Positions 31,300 through 41,570 are shown, counted from the first letter of the whole stretch. The stretch is DNA of 63,986 nucleotides, filler included, from Sanchytrium tribonematis (GCA_018985235.1; 5 parts of 5 records of this genome joined end to end with filler, not necessarily neighbours in it), one strand, 5' to 3'. Numbers and translations are program-made. Notes: a model not told the origin generated them from the letters alone.

Positions 31300-31590
31300 A
31301 TGATCTTCGTTTTGATGATATTCTCTAAATTGCATTCTATTCAACACGAGTCAAGTATTGGCAAAAGTTGTGGTTTGAAATATGGCAAGTATAAATGCAA
31401 AGATTCAGTATGCAATAAAATGAGCAGATGTGAGGTATTTATTGGAAATAAAGTACATGGATGTCAAGCAAAGTTTAGTGGCGCCAGAATGTGTCATTTT
31501 GATACAGCACATTGTCCACAACATTTTATTACTTGTGGGAATTGGGAGAGATTGACTAAATGTGAATCAAATGGAAGGTGTCATTTTTGA
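31300..31590 (+). CDS. Small Cys-rich secreted protein, degenerate hevein/CBM18-like
   Basis: MIFVLMIFS leader; 10 Cys; CG..YG...C....C.....C and GCQ.KF.G...C patterns. Confidence 0.6.
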   Translation: MIFVLMIFSKLHSIQHESSIGKSCGLKYGKYKCKDSVCNKMSRCEVFIGNKVHGCQAKFSGARMCHFDTAHCPQHFITCGNWERLTKCESNGRCHF

Positions 31591-31678
31591 ATAAATTGTA
31601 AATTCATGTCATTTTTCCTCCCTTTTGCACATGATCTTTGTTAATTGGTTTCATGGTGTGATTGGAGATCTCCTTGAA

Positions 31679-32715
31679 ATGTTGATTGTAATGATGACAA
31701 TGATGGCGCATCAATTCTATTGTACGATTGGTGAGGATATTCAACACCTTTTAGAAAAAACGAAACCAATCACTTATGGCGAATATTTGGTGGAATTAAA
31801 TGACCAACACATTCAAGTATTTGAATCTTCATGCTTTCAATTATTCTGCATTGGCAAGAAATTGATCAAAACAATTAATATTTATGATGTTGAGGGTATC
31901 TTCCATTTCTTTGACGAAGAATCTAAATTAGATCCTAGAATTATGATAGATGGCCCTAATAACTTTTTTAAAATCAAGAATATTGGATAACTTGTCATGC
32001 AAATGCACCAATTCAATATCGAGCATTGTGTTCTACTAGAAAGATAGATTCCAACAATGACCCAAAAGAGTCAAAGGTACAACAATATACAGCAGTACCT
32101 AAAGATTCTGATACGTTAAGAAATTATCCAATTTCGTCTAATTATCCAATTTCTTCTCATCCACACGGTGTGAAAACTAAGTTGACAATGGGAGGTGCGT
32201 CTGTTGAATTGGATTCAGTGGAAAAACGCTATGTTCTGATTCAAGAAACAACTGAATACACAAAAGTGTGTCATATTTTTGCATCGCTAGTGTTTCAAGA
32301 CATCATGAATATATATGGATCTATTAGAACAATTGATAGAGACAGAGATATTTATGGATTGATAAACGGTGAAATTGGGAGTGTAAAATTAAGTGGTCTT
32401 GGAAATGTGGCACAGTTAACCATTGGTGACAATTCTATATATTTATTTCAAGGAGTTGAATTTGTGGAGGGACAATATGCAAACCTAGTGGCTAAAAATG
32501 TCATTTATGCCGTTACTAAAGTGGATGAATATTATAAATTGCCTAATATTGGCAATCAGGTATATAATATTGAGAACTGGAAGTTTGGCGGGAGTCAAAA
32601 ACTATTAAGAAAAGCCGCTGAGCGTATTTATCCAATAAAATACGAAATGAATGTCCCGGATGATTTCAAAAATAGTGATTATCCACTACTAGCATGGGTT
32701 GAATTCTATCAATAA
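31679..32715 (+). pseudogene. Tandem family member 3, frameshifted near 31988
   Basis: KNIG-TAA; the -1 frame continues ITCHANAP...CSTR, matching member 4 (IGLICHANPP...CSNR); ends YQ*. Confidence 0.75.
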
Positions 32716-32737
32716 AAGGAGAAATCTCCCTGAAATC

Positions 32738-33766
32738 ATGATTGCCATTGTATTTGCTCATTCATTTTATTGTACCATTCAAGACCCTCTTACGAGTCCT
32801 GCCTCAAAAATCATGAAATATCAATTAAGTCCATCTCATGAGATCCATCATGGTCAATATCAATTAAAAATAGAAGATCAAAAGATTCAAGTGTATCATA
32901 ATGATTGTTTGTGGCTATTTCAATGTATGGGTGGTCGACTCATTGGAAATATACAGATTGATGAAAATGATAATGGATTGTCATTTGTGGATAAGTCATT
33001 TTTGTCTGATAAATTGAAAGTGAGTCAACATAAACTCAGTATTCGGCAAATCGGATTAATTTGTCATGCAAATCCACCCTATTTTTTGGAATGGATGTGC
33101 TCAAACAGAATACATTCAATAGATGGCAAATACTCAGATTGGAACATTGAATATAAAAAATTTTCCATGCACCAGAATCCCTATGAAGAGTATAACTTCA
33201 AATGGACTACAAATGAGTTTGATTTGACACTTGATGTGAATAATCTAGAGACTAAATTAAATGATTTGAAGATTGTTGAAAATCGAATCATTTTAATGCA
33301 TGAATCCCAATTCAGAAAATTGACTTGTCATATTGGCTCGTTTGATAAAGATTCTTTTTTTTCTAGTTCTACGCGTGTGATTCCCATTAATCTCTATCTA
33401 TTCGGAAGATGGAGACGTCGTACAATGAATATTGCATTGGATAAATTTGGTAACTCAATATCACTTCAATCAGATGATAAAAGAAAATCGCTGTATGCAT
33501 TTATTGGTGCGCAATTTGATGAGAAAGGAATGGCATCTAATGTTGTTTACATTGTTACAAAAAAGAATGAATATTATAAAATATCCATTCAACATTGGGA
33601 GCACTATGGCTTTAAAGTAGATGGATGGATTGTGAGTGGAAATGCATTACATGAAAATCATCAAAATGATAAATTGGGGTTAAAACAACTTAAATCAATC
33701 AAGTCATCTACTACATTTAATACAATTGAAGAATGGATAGCGTATTTCAATAAAGTATTTCAATAA
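32738..33766 (+). CDS. Tandem family member 4
   Basis: MIAIVFA leader; CSNR, TCHI, YAFIG, NVVYIV; ends FQ*. Confidence 0.8.
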   Translation: MIAIVFAHSFYCTIQDPLTSPASKIMKYQLSPSHEIHHGQYQLKIEDQKIQVYHNDCLWLFQCMGGRLIGNIQIDENDNGLSFVDKSFLSDKLKVSQHKLSIRQIGLICHANPPYFLEWMCSNRIHSIDGKYSDWNIEYKKFSMHQNPYEEYNFKWTTNEFDLTLDVNNLETKLNDLKIVENRIILMHESQFRKLTCHIGSFDKDSFFSSSTRVIPINLYLFGRWRRRTMNIALDKFGNSISLQSDDKRKSLYAFIGAQFDEKGMASNVVYIVTKKNEYYKISIQHWEHYGFKVDGWIVSGNALHENHQNDKLGLKQLKSIKSSTTFNTIEEWIAYFNKVFQ

Positions 33767-33777
33767 ATGATCTATGA

Positions 33778-33814
33778 TGCCATATATCTGCCATTTATTT
33801 GCCATATTCGCCAT
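33778..33814 (+). repeat. Four copies of YGCCAT spaced 11/11/9 bp, upstream of member 5
   Basis: TGCCATATATC TGCCATTTATT TGCCATATT CGCCAT. Confidence 0.65.
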
Positions 33815-33925
33815 CCTTGATCACTCGGAGGCTATCCAAATGACAAACTATTCGTAATAGTCGTCATAATGGCAAATTGATAGCCCATTTTGACTATTTA
33901 TAAAGGCATCCCATATCTACAACTC

Positions 33926-34606
33926 ATGTTATTCACAACCATTCTTGCATCTGATTTATTATTCATTTGTTCCATGCGTTCCTTTCAATCCAACCAATAT
34001 CTACCAGGCAATCCCACCTATGATTCATTGGTAAATCCCACTCATTATGGAGATAGAACCATTTCATATCCAAATGAATCCACCATTAAAATGGAATCCA
34101 ATTCAGATTCATCAAGTGAATCTATCCAATTAGTACATGGTAAAGGCACTATTGTACATGAAAATGATCAATCCATGGTATCCTGTCACATCCAACGAGG
34201 TTATTCCAAAAAAGACATTAAAACAGGTCCCCGTGAAATCCCTCAAAATTTGCAATTATATGGTGAAAATATCCACCAATATTTTGATCCAAATGGCAAT
34301 GTAGAACCATTATTTATGGGTCGTATTTCTCTCAATATGTTTGCATTTATTGGTGCATCATTTGACCATGTAGAATTGGTTGAAAATGCAGTATATATTG
34401 TCACGGATATTTATGAATATTACGTGATTCATGAATCTAAATGGAAAAGATTTAAATATCAAATTGGTGATTATGTATTCAGTGGTAGAAATATTGAGCA
34501 TGAAGATGTTAAATTTGAAAGAATTGAGCCAATTCATTTGAATGTGAATCAGAAATTTGCAAGTGTGGGTGAATTTGCAACGTATTTGAATCACGTTTTT
34601 CAATAA
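33926..34606 (+). CDS. Tandem family member 5, lacking the variable N-terminal domain
   Basis: MLFTTILA leader followed almost directly by CSMR; SCHI, FAFIG, NAVYIV; ends FQ*. Confidence 0.8.
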   Translation: MLFTTILASDLLFICSMRSFQSNQYLPGNPTYDSLVNPTHYGDRTISYPNESTIKMESNSDSSSESIQLVHGKGTIVHENDQSMVSCHIQRGYSKKDIKTGPREIPQNLQLYGENIHQYFDPNGNVEPLFMGRISLNMFAFIGASFDHVELVENAVYIVTDIYEYYVIHESKWKRFKYQIGDYVFSGRNIEHEDVKFERIEPIHLNVNQKFASVGEFATYLNHVFQ

Positions 34607-34618
34607 ATAGATTGTGAG

Positions 34619-34641
34619 TGATCTGTGTACAATGATCTGTG
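34619..34641 (+). promoter_or_regulatory. Doubled TGATCTGTG motif, candidate family promoter element
   Basis: TGATCTGTG at 34619 and 34633; also at 36610; reverse complement CACAGATCA at 29098 and 30109. Confidence 0.5.
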
Positions 34642-34703
34642 CGTTATTCACGTGTTACCCCTTATTCACTACAAATAGAGACGACAGAGGCACCCCTTGA
34701 GAA

Positions 34704-35737
34704 ATGTTATTGACTACTGTATTTGCATCTTTTCAATACAGATTTGAATGTACTAATGAAGCTGGGACATTTAAAGAAATTTTGAATGATAATCATTATC
34801 AGGTTAAATATATATGATTGAACAAACAAAAAGTGAAGATGGTAGATTAATCCAAATTTTGAAAAAAAGACGTTTCATTTCTAAAATGACTGCATCATTT
34901 GAAAATGATGGTACATTTCAACTGAAGCATGAAAACGGTACAATTTTTAGCGAAACAAAGTTTGAAGTTTTGGAATTGACGTGTGCATTCATCAACACAA
35001 TTCCAATTTGCTCCATTCGTAATTATAATGATGTCAAATATAGTAAACAGCCAACTGTGACTTACGATTTCAAACAGCCTTATACTACATTGGAACATTT
35101 GAAACAGTTTAGAATCTTTTTACTTGAATTCTCCCAAAATGATGACGAAGAAATAGTCAGTCTTCAAGGTGGAGGTAGATGCAAAAGTTGTGGAATCATG
35201 AAAGCGAAAGTGTTAAATGGTGAAGACCAAAAGATTTATGCTAAATATCCTGTAGAACATGCAGTAGGCAGTTGCCATATATTTTACCGTACTTACATGC
35301 CATCTTCTAAGGTAAATACTCGTGATGCGCCAGAGGAATTATTAATATATGCAAAATATGGAGAGGAAAGCATGATTTCTACCAATTTTGATGAATTTGG
35401 AAATATCTTAAAATTCAGTGGTTTTTGCGGTTTATTCGGAAAGATCCAAGATTGTTTATTTGGTGCTATCAATATGTATGCATTTATTGGAGTTCAATTT
35501 GATAATGAATTGAATCCTAAAAATGCAGTTTATATTGTGACTCAAGTAGGGCAGTACTTTGTAATTCCCATGGAAGGATGGTTGACATTTAAATTTGTTA
35601 TTGATGGGTGGACAATCAGTGGCAATAGCGATTTGGAAAACATAAATTCAGGACATTTTTACAAAAATGAATTTGATATTGAGAATACAATTTCAATCCA
35701 GAAATATGCTACTGAAATGATGCACTATTATCAATAA
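34704..35737 (+). pseudogene. Tandem family member 6, frameshifted in a (TA)n tract near 34808-34815
   Basis: MLLTTVFA...YQVKYI*; deleting one AT unit joins it to MIEQ...CSIR, SCHI, YAFIG, NAVYIV; ends YQ*. No consensus intron fits. Confidence 0.72.
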
Positions 35738-35833
35738 ATCAATCAACGTATGTTATTTCCATTTCTACTGTCCATGTTGGTCTAGATTTTTAAACTGTTT
35801 CAAAATGACACATGTGACATATGCTGTCTAAAA

Positions 35834-36526
35834 ATGGCATTTAAATCAACAGGACCACCAAATCATCAAATGTTTAAGAATCATTCTTCTAAAACACATA
35901 TTTTAAGATGTTTATTGGTCATTTTGACATTATTGACATTGCTTTATGGCATTTATCAATTTTTAGTAGCAGAATGGACATTGGCAGTATTATGGACAGT
36001 AGCCGCATTAGCCGGAATGGTAGCCATATTTGCAAAAACAACCGGATTGGTATTAACCAGTATGGCTATTTATTTGAGTTTCTTGCTGGCTGGATTTGTG
36101 TGTGATATCGTATTTTTATCATTATTACAGAGACATGTGGATGATTCTTATCCTGCACAGTCTATTATATTACGAGATGGTAGTCGAAATAGTGTAGAAG
36201 CCATTATTATTTTGACATTGGTACTCGGAATTATATTTTCAATTCTTTTGAGTATTTTAACAGCACCTGTGTTTATTTTATTGGCTAGATCATTGAAAAA
36301 AGATTCTAAAAAGTATGGAACAAGTGCATATGACTCGTATAACAGAGCAGGAGAGCGACAACCCATTGCAAATCAGCAGCCAGTTTCACAACAACCAATT
36401 CAGCAACAGCCAATGCAACAGCAACAGGTGCCTCAACAGATGCCACAGCAATACACTGAGAATTACGCACAACCACAGGGTGTAAATGGAGGTGTTCCAA
36501 CTTATAATAATGTGCAACAATATTAA
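35834..36526 (+). CDS. Four-TM membrane protein with Gln/Pro-rich tail
   Basis: Four hydrophobic segments followed by a QQP-rich C-terminus. Confidence 0.8.
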   Translation: MAFKSTGPPNHQMFKNHSSKTHILRCLLVILTLLTLLYGIYQFLVAEWTLAVLWTVAALAGMVAIFAKTTGLVLTSMAIYLSFLLAGFVCDIVFLSLLQRHVDDSYPAQSIILRDGSRNSVEAIIILTLVLGIIFSILLSILTAPVFILLARSLKKDSKKYGTSAYDSYNRAGERQPIANQQPVSQQPIQQQPMQQQQVPQQMPQQYTENYAQPQGVNGGVPTYNNVQQY

Positions 36527-36703
36527 AAAGAAAATAAATATGAAGTTGATTTGATAAATATGAGGTATTGCATTCTCAACTATAAACTCATCACACACGT
36601 AATCGAGAATGATCTGTGCGCATCTATTTCATCTGTGCGTGACTCGCTAAATTTGTTTAGCCCCCTTTTGTACAAAAAGACGATTCGAGATCATCTCCTT
36701 GAA

Positions 36704-37822
36704 ATGTTATGGACAACTGTACTTTCGTGGAATTTGTTTACCATCCGATGCGAAATGGGAGATATCAGAGGTGACTTACAACAAGGTGCAAAATTGGCAA
36801 TTGGTAAATATGAAATATCATGGAATGATGAAAACAATGTCAGTATCTATAAAAAACAATCTTCATCGTTAGGTCGAAATTCTAAAAAGCGGAAGCTAAC
36901 GGCAATATTTCAAATCAAAAATTCAAATGGTGACTTGAAATTCGAAAATGGACAAGGAAAAGCGACTGAAGAATTCACTGTAACAAATAAGAAGGGAAAA
37001 GCATTAAAGTGTCTTGCTCCCACAACGTATAAGCTGCGTGTGTGCTCTCATCGTCGTTTGGAAAATAGTAGATATGTGGAGAATGAACCAGTGCAATATC
37101 ATAAAAATATTGGACCATATTTGCGAAGTTATGATGGTCACACTACTGCAGAATTTGGTAATAGAAAAATCATCTGTAAATCTGACAACCTCGTGACTCA
37201 ATATACAATTTCGCCAGATGATGGGGAATTGGTGTCCTTTACGCCTGATGATGTCTTTGATGACTATGTATTGATTCATAAACGGCAAGATTCAATTGTA
37301 AGTTGCTATGTCAGCATGTACGATATAGGGGACATTCAACCAATTCGAGTAATCCCCGCTGGATTCAACATTTACGGAAAACACTCATCAACAGGGCAAA
37401 TTATTTCAGGGACTTTAAAAGCAAATGGAAATGTGGTACAGATTGAAACTACTGAAATATTTGTATTCATTGGAGCATCTTTTACCGACATTTTTACATT
37501 TAGTACGACGACTTATGGCGAGGGTCGTGGTCACAATACAATTTATTTTGTGATTAATGATGTATATTATACAGTGTCATTAGAAATGTGGAACAACTAC
37601 AGAATACAAGGGAAAGTATTTAAAATTGGCAATTGGTTTTTTGGTGGAAATGAAGACATAGGGTCATTCGTGCAACCAAAAAAAGAAGAAAATCGTAATT
37701 GGGATACTGAATACTTGGAAGAATCGCCGAAGATGCTCGAGCTTGATTCAAAAAAACCTTTTCTACAGGAGCAATTAAGCACAAAAGTACTAGCAGAGAC
37801 GCTAAGCAACGCTTTTCAATAA
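36704..37822 (+). CDS. Tandem family member 7, most divergent
   Basis: MLWTTVLS leader; CSHR, SCYV, FVFIG, NTIYFV, WFFGG; ends FQ*. Confidence 0.8.
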   Translation: MLWTTVLSWNLFTIRCEMGDIRGDLQQGAKLAIGKYEISWNDENNVSIYKKQSSSLGRNSKKRKLTAIFQIKNSNGDLKFENGQGKATEEFTVTNKKGKALKCLAPTTYKLRVCSHRRLENSRYVENEPVQYHKNIGPYLRSYDGHTTAEFGNRKIICKSDNLVTQYTISPDDGELVSFTPDDVFDDYVLIHKRQDSIVSCYVSMYDIGDIQPIRVIPAGFNIYGKHSSTGQIISGTLKANGNVVQIETTEIFVFIGASFTDIFTFSTTTYGEGRGHNTIYFVINDVYYTVSLEMWNNYRIQGKVFKIGNWFFGGNEDIGSFVQPKKEENRNWDTEYLEESPKMLELDSKKPFLQEQLSTKVLAETLSNAFQ

Positions 37823-37930
37823 ATCATCTAGTAAATAAATACAGGATCTAATTTCGATTTAAGGGACACTAGATGAATCCAATGATTGGTGGATCTAGTC
37901 CATAAATCAAGATAGATCCCCATAGACGTC

Positions 37931-39748
37931 ATGAAATGGAAAATGGCCATTGATACAAATCAAATGACTCTAATTGATTCTAAAAGTAAAGCCATGCATG
38001 TGAATGAATTATTTGAAAATGGGAATACACCCCTAATAAATGCGATTCAACAGGGTGATTTCAACATGGTAGTGAATTTATTGAATATGGGTGCGAATAT
38101 AGAGATGTGGAATGACTATAAAGTAGATGAATTGGAATATTTTAAGATTTGTGGTGATATGGGATATAGAGATATGTTGAATGATGTAATAATGGATGAG
38201 CGTGATGAATGGTGGATTGATCTAGTGATAATGCATGAATATCTAATATTAAATGGGATTTCAAAATTTGACATGTTTCATGGATCTCCACTTTTATGTG
38301 CCATTTTACATGGGCATGAAGCTATCGTCCATTTATTAATGGGTAGAGGTGCTGATATACAAGTTGTGGATGAATTGGGTAGAAATGCGTTAATGTATGC
38401 CGTAGAAAATGGACATTTGGGATTAATTGAAACATTTATTGATAAAATAGATTTATATGCAATCGATTTAATGGATAGAGATATCATGACATTTGCTACA
38501 TGTCATAAAAGTGTAGAAGTATGCAATTATTTGATACAGTATGGATTTGAAATTGAGGAATCCAAATCATCAGAAATGAGAAATGCAAATTATTATCATT
38601 TTGCAGTCATGAATGATCATGTAGAAATGGTCAACTATTTAATTGAATTACAAGTGGCAGATGTACCTTATTATGAGCATGATTCTCAAATATTGGATAA
38701 TTTATCACTTTCTATTATTCATGACAAATTGGAGATATTTGAATGTTTATTGCCATATTCAGCACCATTATCACGATATCATGCATTTATGAATGCGATT
38801 AGACATGGAAGATTAGTGAATTTAGAAATATTGAGTCCAGAATTCAATTTAAATGTTTTTATACATCACAGTGCACCGCATGCGTCTACTCCATTAGAAT
38901 ATGCTGTAATTCAGAATCATTTACCAATATTGCAGTATTTAATGGATCATGGTGCAAATTATTCAAAATGTCAGAATCTTTACAAATTGGCTGTTTCGTA
39001 TCAACACCATGAAATTGCCAATTATTTATATCCTTATTATCATCATAAGATCACCAAACAAACATTATTTGATGCAGTTGAATGTCTAGATATGGAAAGC
39101 ATCCAAATGGCTATTAATGCTAAAATTGACATAAATTCACAAAATAAGCAAGGAAAGGGCGTTATACATTTGGCAGTGAAAGCACATTCTCATAGAAATA
39201 GTGATTCGACACTGAATAATGCAGATATTGAGCAGGTGATCAATTTGAAATCAAGAATAATTTTCGATCTCGTTTCAAAAGGAGCCAATATCAATTTGAG
39301 AGATAAATTTGGACGTACGGCATTATTTGATGGAGATCCTACACTATTTGATATCATGTATGAGTGTGGGGCTGATTTTGGTGTAATTGATAAACAGAAA
39401 AGAAGTATTTTACATGAGTTTGCAGGTCAAAATGTCGAAATAATAGATAAAATGATTTACTATGGAGCAAATATGGATCAATGTGATGTGGATGGAACCA
39501 GTATATTGATGGAAATGATCAAATACTACCCAAATCCTTCCCTGGATAAAATGATTGCAAAATTGAAATATTTGATCGATATGGGAATTGACTTGAATGT
39601 AAAGGACAAAAATGGTGCAAATGCATTATTATATGCTGCTGGAATGTGTAATTTATCATTAATGAAATTACTGGAGGAAAATGGAGCAAATTTGTATGTA
39701 AAAGACAAAGTAAAAAAGAATGCGATTGATTATGCAAAAAAGAAATAA
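37931..39748 (+). CDS. Ankyrin-repeat protein
   Basis: Many ankyrin repeats (GNTPLINA, GSPLLCA, GRNALMYA, TPLEYA, GANALLYA). The frame stays open past the stop to 39892. Confidence 0.9.
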   Translation: MKWKMAIDTNQMTLIDSKSKAMHVNELFENGNTPLINAIQQGDFNMVVNLLNMGANIEMWNDYKVDELEYFKICGDMGYRDMLNDVIMDERDEWWIDLVIMHEYLILNGISKFDMFHGSPLLCAILHGHEAIVHLLMGRGADIQVVDELGRNALMYAVENGHLGLIETFIDKIDLYAIDLMDRDIMTFATCHKSVEVCNYLIQYGFEIEESKSSEMRNANYYHFAVMNDHVEMVNYLIELQVADVPYYEHDSQILDNLSLSIIHDKLEIFECLLPYSAPLSRYHAFMNAIRHGRLVNLEILSPEFNLNVFIHHSAPHASTPLEYAVIQNHLPILQYLMDHGANYSKCQNLYKLAVSYQHHEIANYLYPYYHHKITKQTLFDAVECLDMESIQMAINAKIDINSQNKQGKGVIHLAVKAHSHRNSDSTLNNADIEQVINLKSRIIFDLVSKGANINLRDKFGRTALFDGDPTLFDIMYECGADFGVIDKQKRSILHEFAGQNVEIIDKMIYYGANMDQCDVDGTSILMEMIKYYPNPSLDKMIAKLKYLIDMGIDLNVKDKNGANALLYAAGMCNLSLMKLLEENGANLYVKDKVKKNAIDYAKKK

Positions 39749-40081
39749 GCAGAAGCAAAAGACTATGAAGCAACTTTGGGATATTTGCGAGAGAATCACG
39801 TTGAAGAGAAATTATCATTGCGCGCTCATATTTTAAATATCGTGAGTTGCTGCAGCAATAGTCGTAACAAAATTAATAAATTAGACTATTGAAGACACTT
39901 TCCTTTAATTTCATATGCTTCATTTGTAAACAAATTTTTGTTTCAAAAAATAAGTAAATTAATAAATCAAAGTCATTTTAATCTAGATTTGAATAGAACT
40001 ATTGAAATAAGCATCTGAATACTTATTGTTGAAACTGGAATCCATCTGCAACAAAAAAGAAAAATTCAAGGGTGTTGCAAA

Positions 40082-41121
40082 ATGGAGAAAGTTCTGATTG
40101 TTGATTTTGGATCACAATATACGCATTTGATTGCCAGAAGAGTGCGTGAAATGCATGTCTATTCAGAAGTAGTGAGTTGTTTGGAATTGCCCAAATATGA
40201 CCACAAAAATGTGAAATCGATTATTTTGAGTGGCGGACCACACTCTGTTTATGATAAAGATGCGCCGCATGTCAATTTAGAGAGTTTATTATCATTTAAA
40301 GTACCCATTTTGGGAATCTGCTATGGATTACAAGAAATTGCGCATCATTTTAACCCAAATTCAGTAAAACGCAGTTTGACACGGGAATATGGGTACGCTA
40401 TGATTCACAAACAAGATAATCCACTATTCAACGGACTACCAGAGACATTTAAAGTGTGGATGAGTCATTCTGATCATATTTCTGAGCTGCCAGATGAAAT
40501 TAAAGAAATTGCTTCTTCTGAAAATACGACCTATTCCGCCATTTATAGCAAAGAATTGAATCTATATGGGTTGCAATGGCATCCAGAAGTGACACATTCT
40601 GATTACGGTATTCAGATTCTTGAGAATTTTATTCTGAATATTTGCAATTTGCAGTCAAATTGGACGATGGATCATTTTTTGACGTTAGAAATGGAGAAAC
40701 TCAAGAAAATAGACCAGCATGTACTTGGTGCCGTGTCTGGGGGTGTTGATTCGACTGTAGCAGCTGTATTAATGAGCAAAGCATTGGGTGATAAATTCCA
40801 CGCCATCTTTGTAGACAATGGTTTATTGCGTAAAAACGAGGTCAATCAAGTCAAATTTATATTCGAACATGCTAAAATCAATCTTACTGTCGTAGATGCT
40901 CAAAAACAGTTTCTAGATTTGCTTCAAAATGTGTCTGACCCTGAAAAGAAGCGTAAATTAATTGGAAATGAGTTCATCAGAGTATTTGAGAAAGAGGCAG
41001 AACGTATCACGCAATCCATTCAACAAGAGAATGGAAATGTCAAATATCTTTTACAGGGCACGCTTTACCCGGATGTCATTGAAAGTATTTCTTACAAGGG
41101 GCCCTCCGCGACCATCAAATC
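40082..41121 (+). CDS. GUA1: GMP synthase, 3' partial
   Basis: DFGSQYTHLIARR, PILGICYGLQ, HPEV, SGGVDSTV, LLQGTLYPDVIES. Confidence 0.97.
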
Positions 41122-41221
41122 NNNNNNNNNNNNNNNNNNNNNNNNNNNNNNNNNNNNNNNNNNNNTTAATTAATTAANNNNNNNNNNNNNNNNNNNNNNN
41201 NNNNNNNNNNNNNNNNNNNNN
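41122..41221. other. Artificial contig-joining spacer
   Basis: N-run/TTAATTAATTAA/N-run. Confidence 0.98.
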
Positions 41222-41527
41222 AATAATTAGGATGTTGAGAATATTTTGGTTGACATCAAAAACTGAGTCCTTTCGATTGTAATTTGAATTTGATCTAGGA
41301 GGCTCTTGCTTGCCCAAACTCCTTAACTTGCGATTCTCCATTTCAACACACGCGATGTTATCAAATAATTCTGTTTTTTCAGCTTTTAATGCTTCATTTT
41401 CAATTTTTAAACTTTTAACTTGCTCCAAGAGACTGCTATAGCCTTCTTCTTTATCATTACTGTTATTTGTTTCATTCATAGAATTAAGTAAATTGAACAA
41501 AGGTTTTTTTAGACCAGGTTTCGACAT
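41222..41527 (-). CDS. Coiled-coil protein, 3' partial
   Basis: Heptad-like LLEQVKSLKIENEALKAEKTEL; the frame runs into the spacer. Confidence 0.6.
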
Positions 41528-41570
41528 TTATTGTCAAAATTTGGAGTTGCTGAGCCACAAATTTATTTTT

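Noticed and set aside
29130..37822. Tandem array as a CRISPR array, integron cassettes or DGR
   Set aside because: The repeats are eukaryotic protein-coding paralogs. No cas, integrase or reverse transcriptase gene, no attC-like sites, and both 341-bp copies lie inside coding genes.
30006..37822. Terminal FQ/YQ as a dedicated protein sorting signal
   Set aside because: The Q codon is part of CAATAAA, which also ends unrelated genes, so nucleotide-level constraint explains at least the Q.
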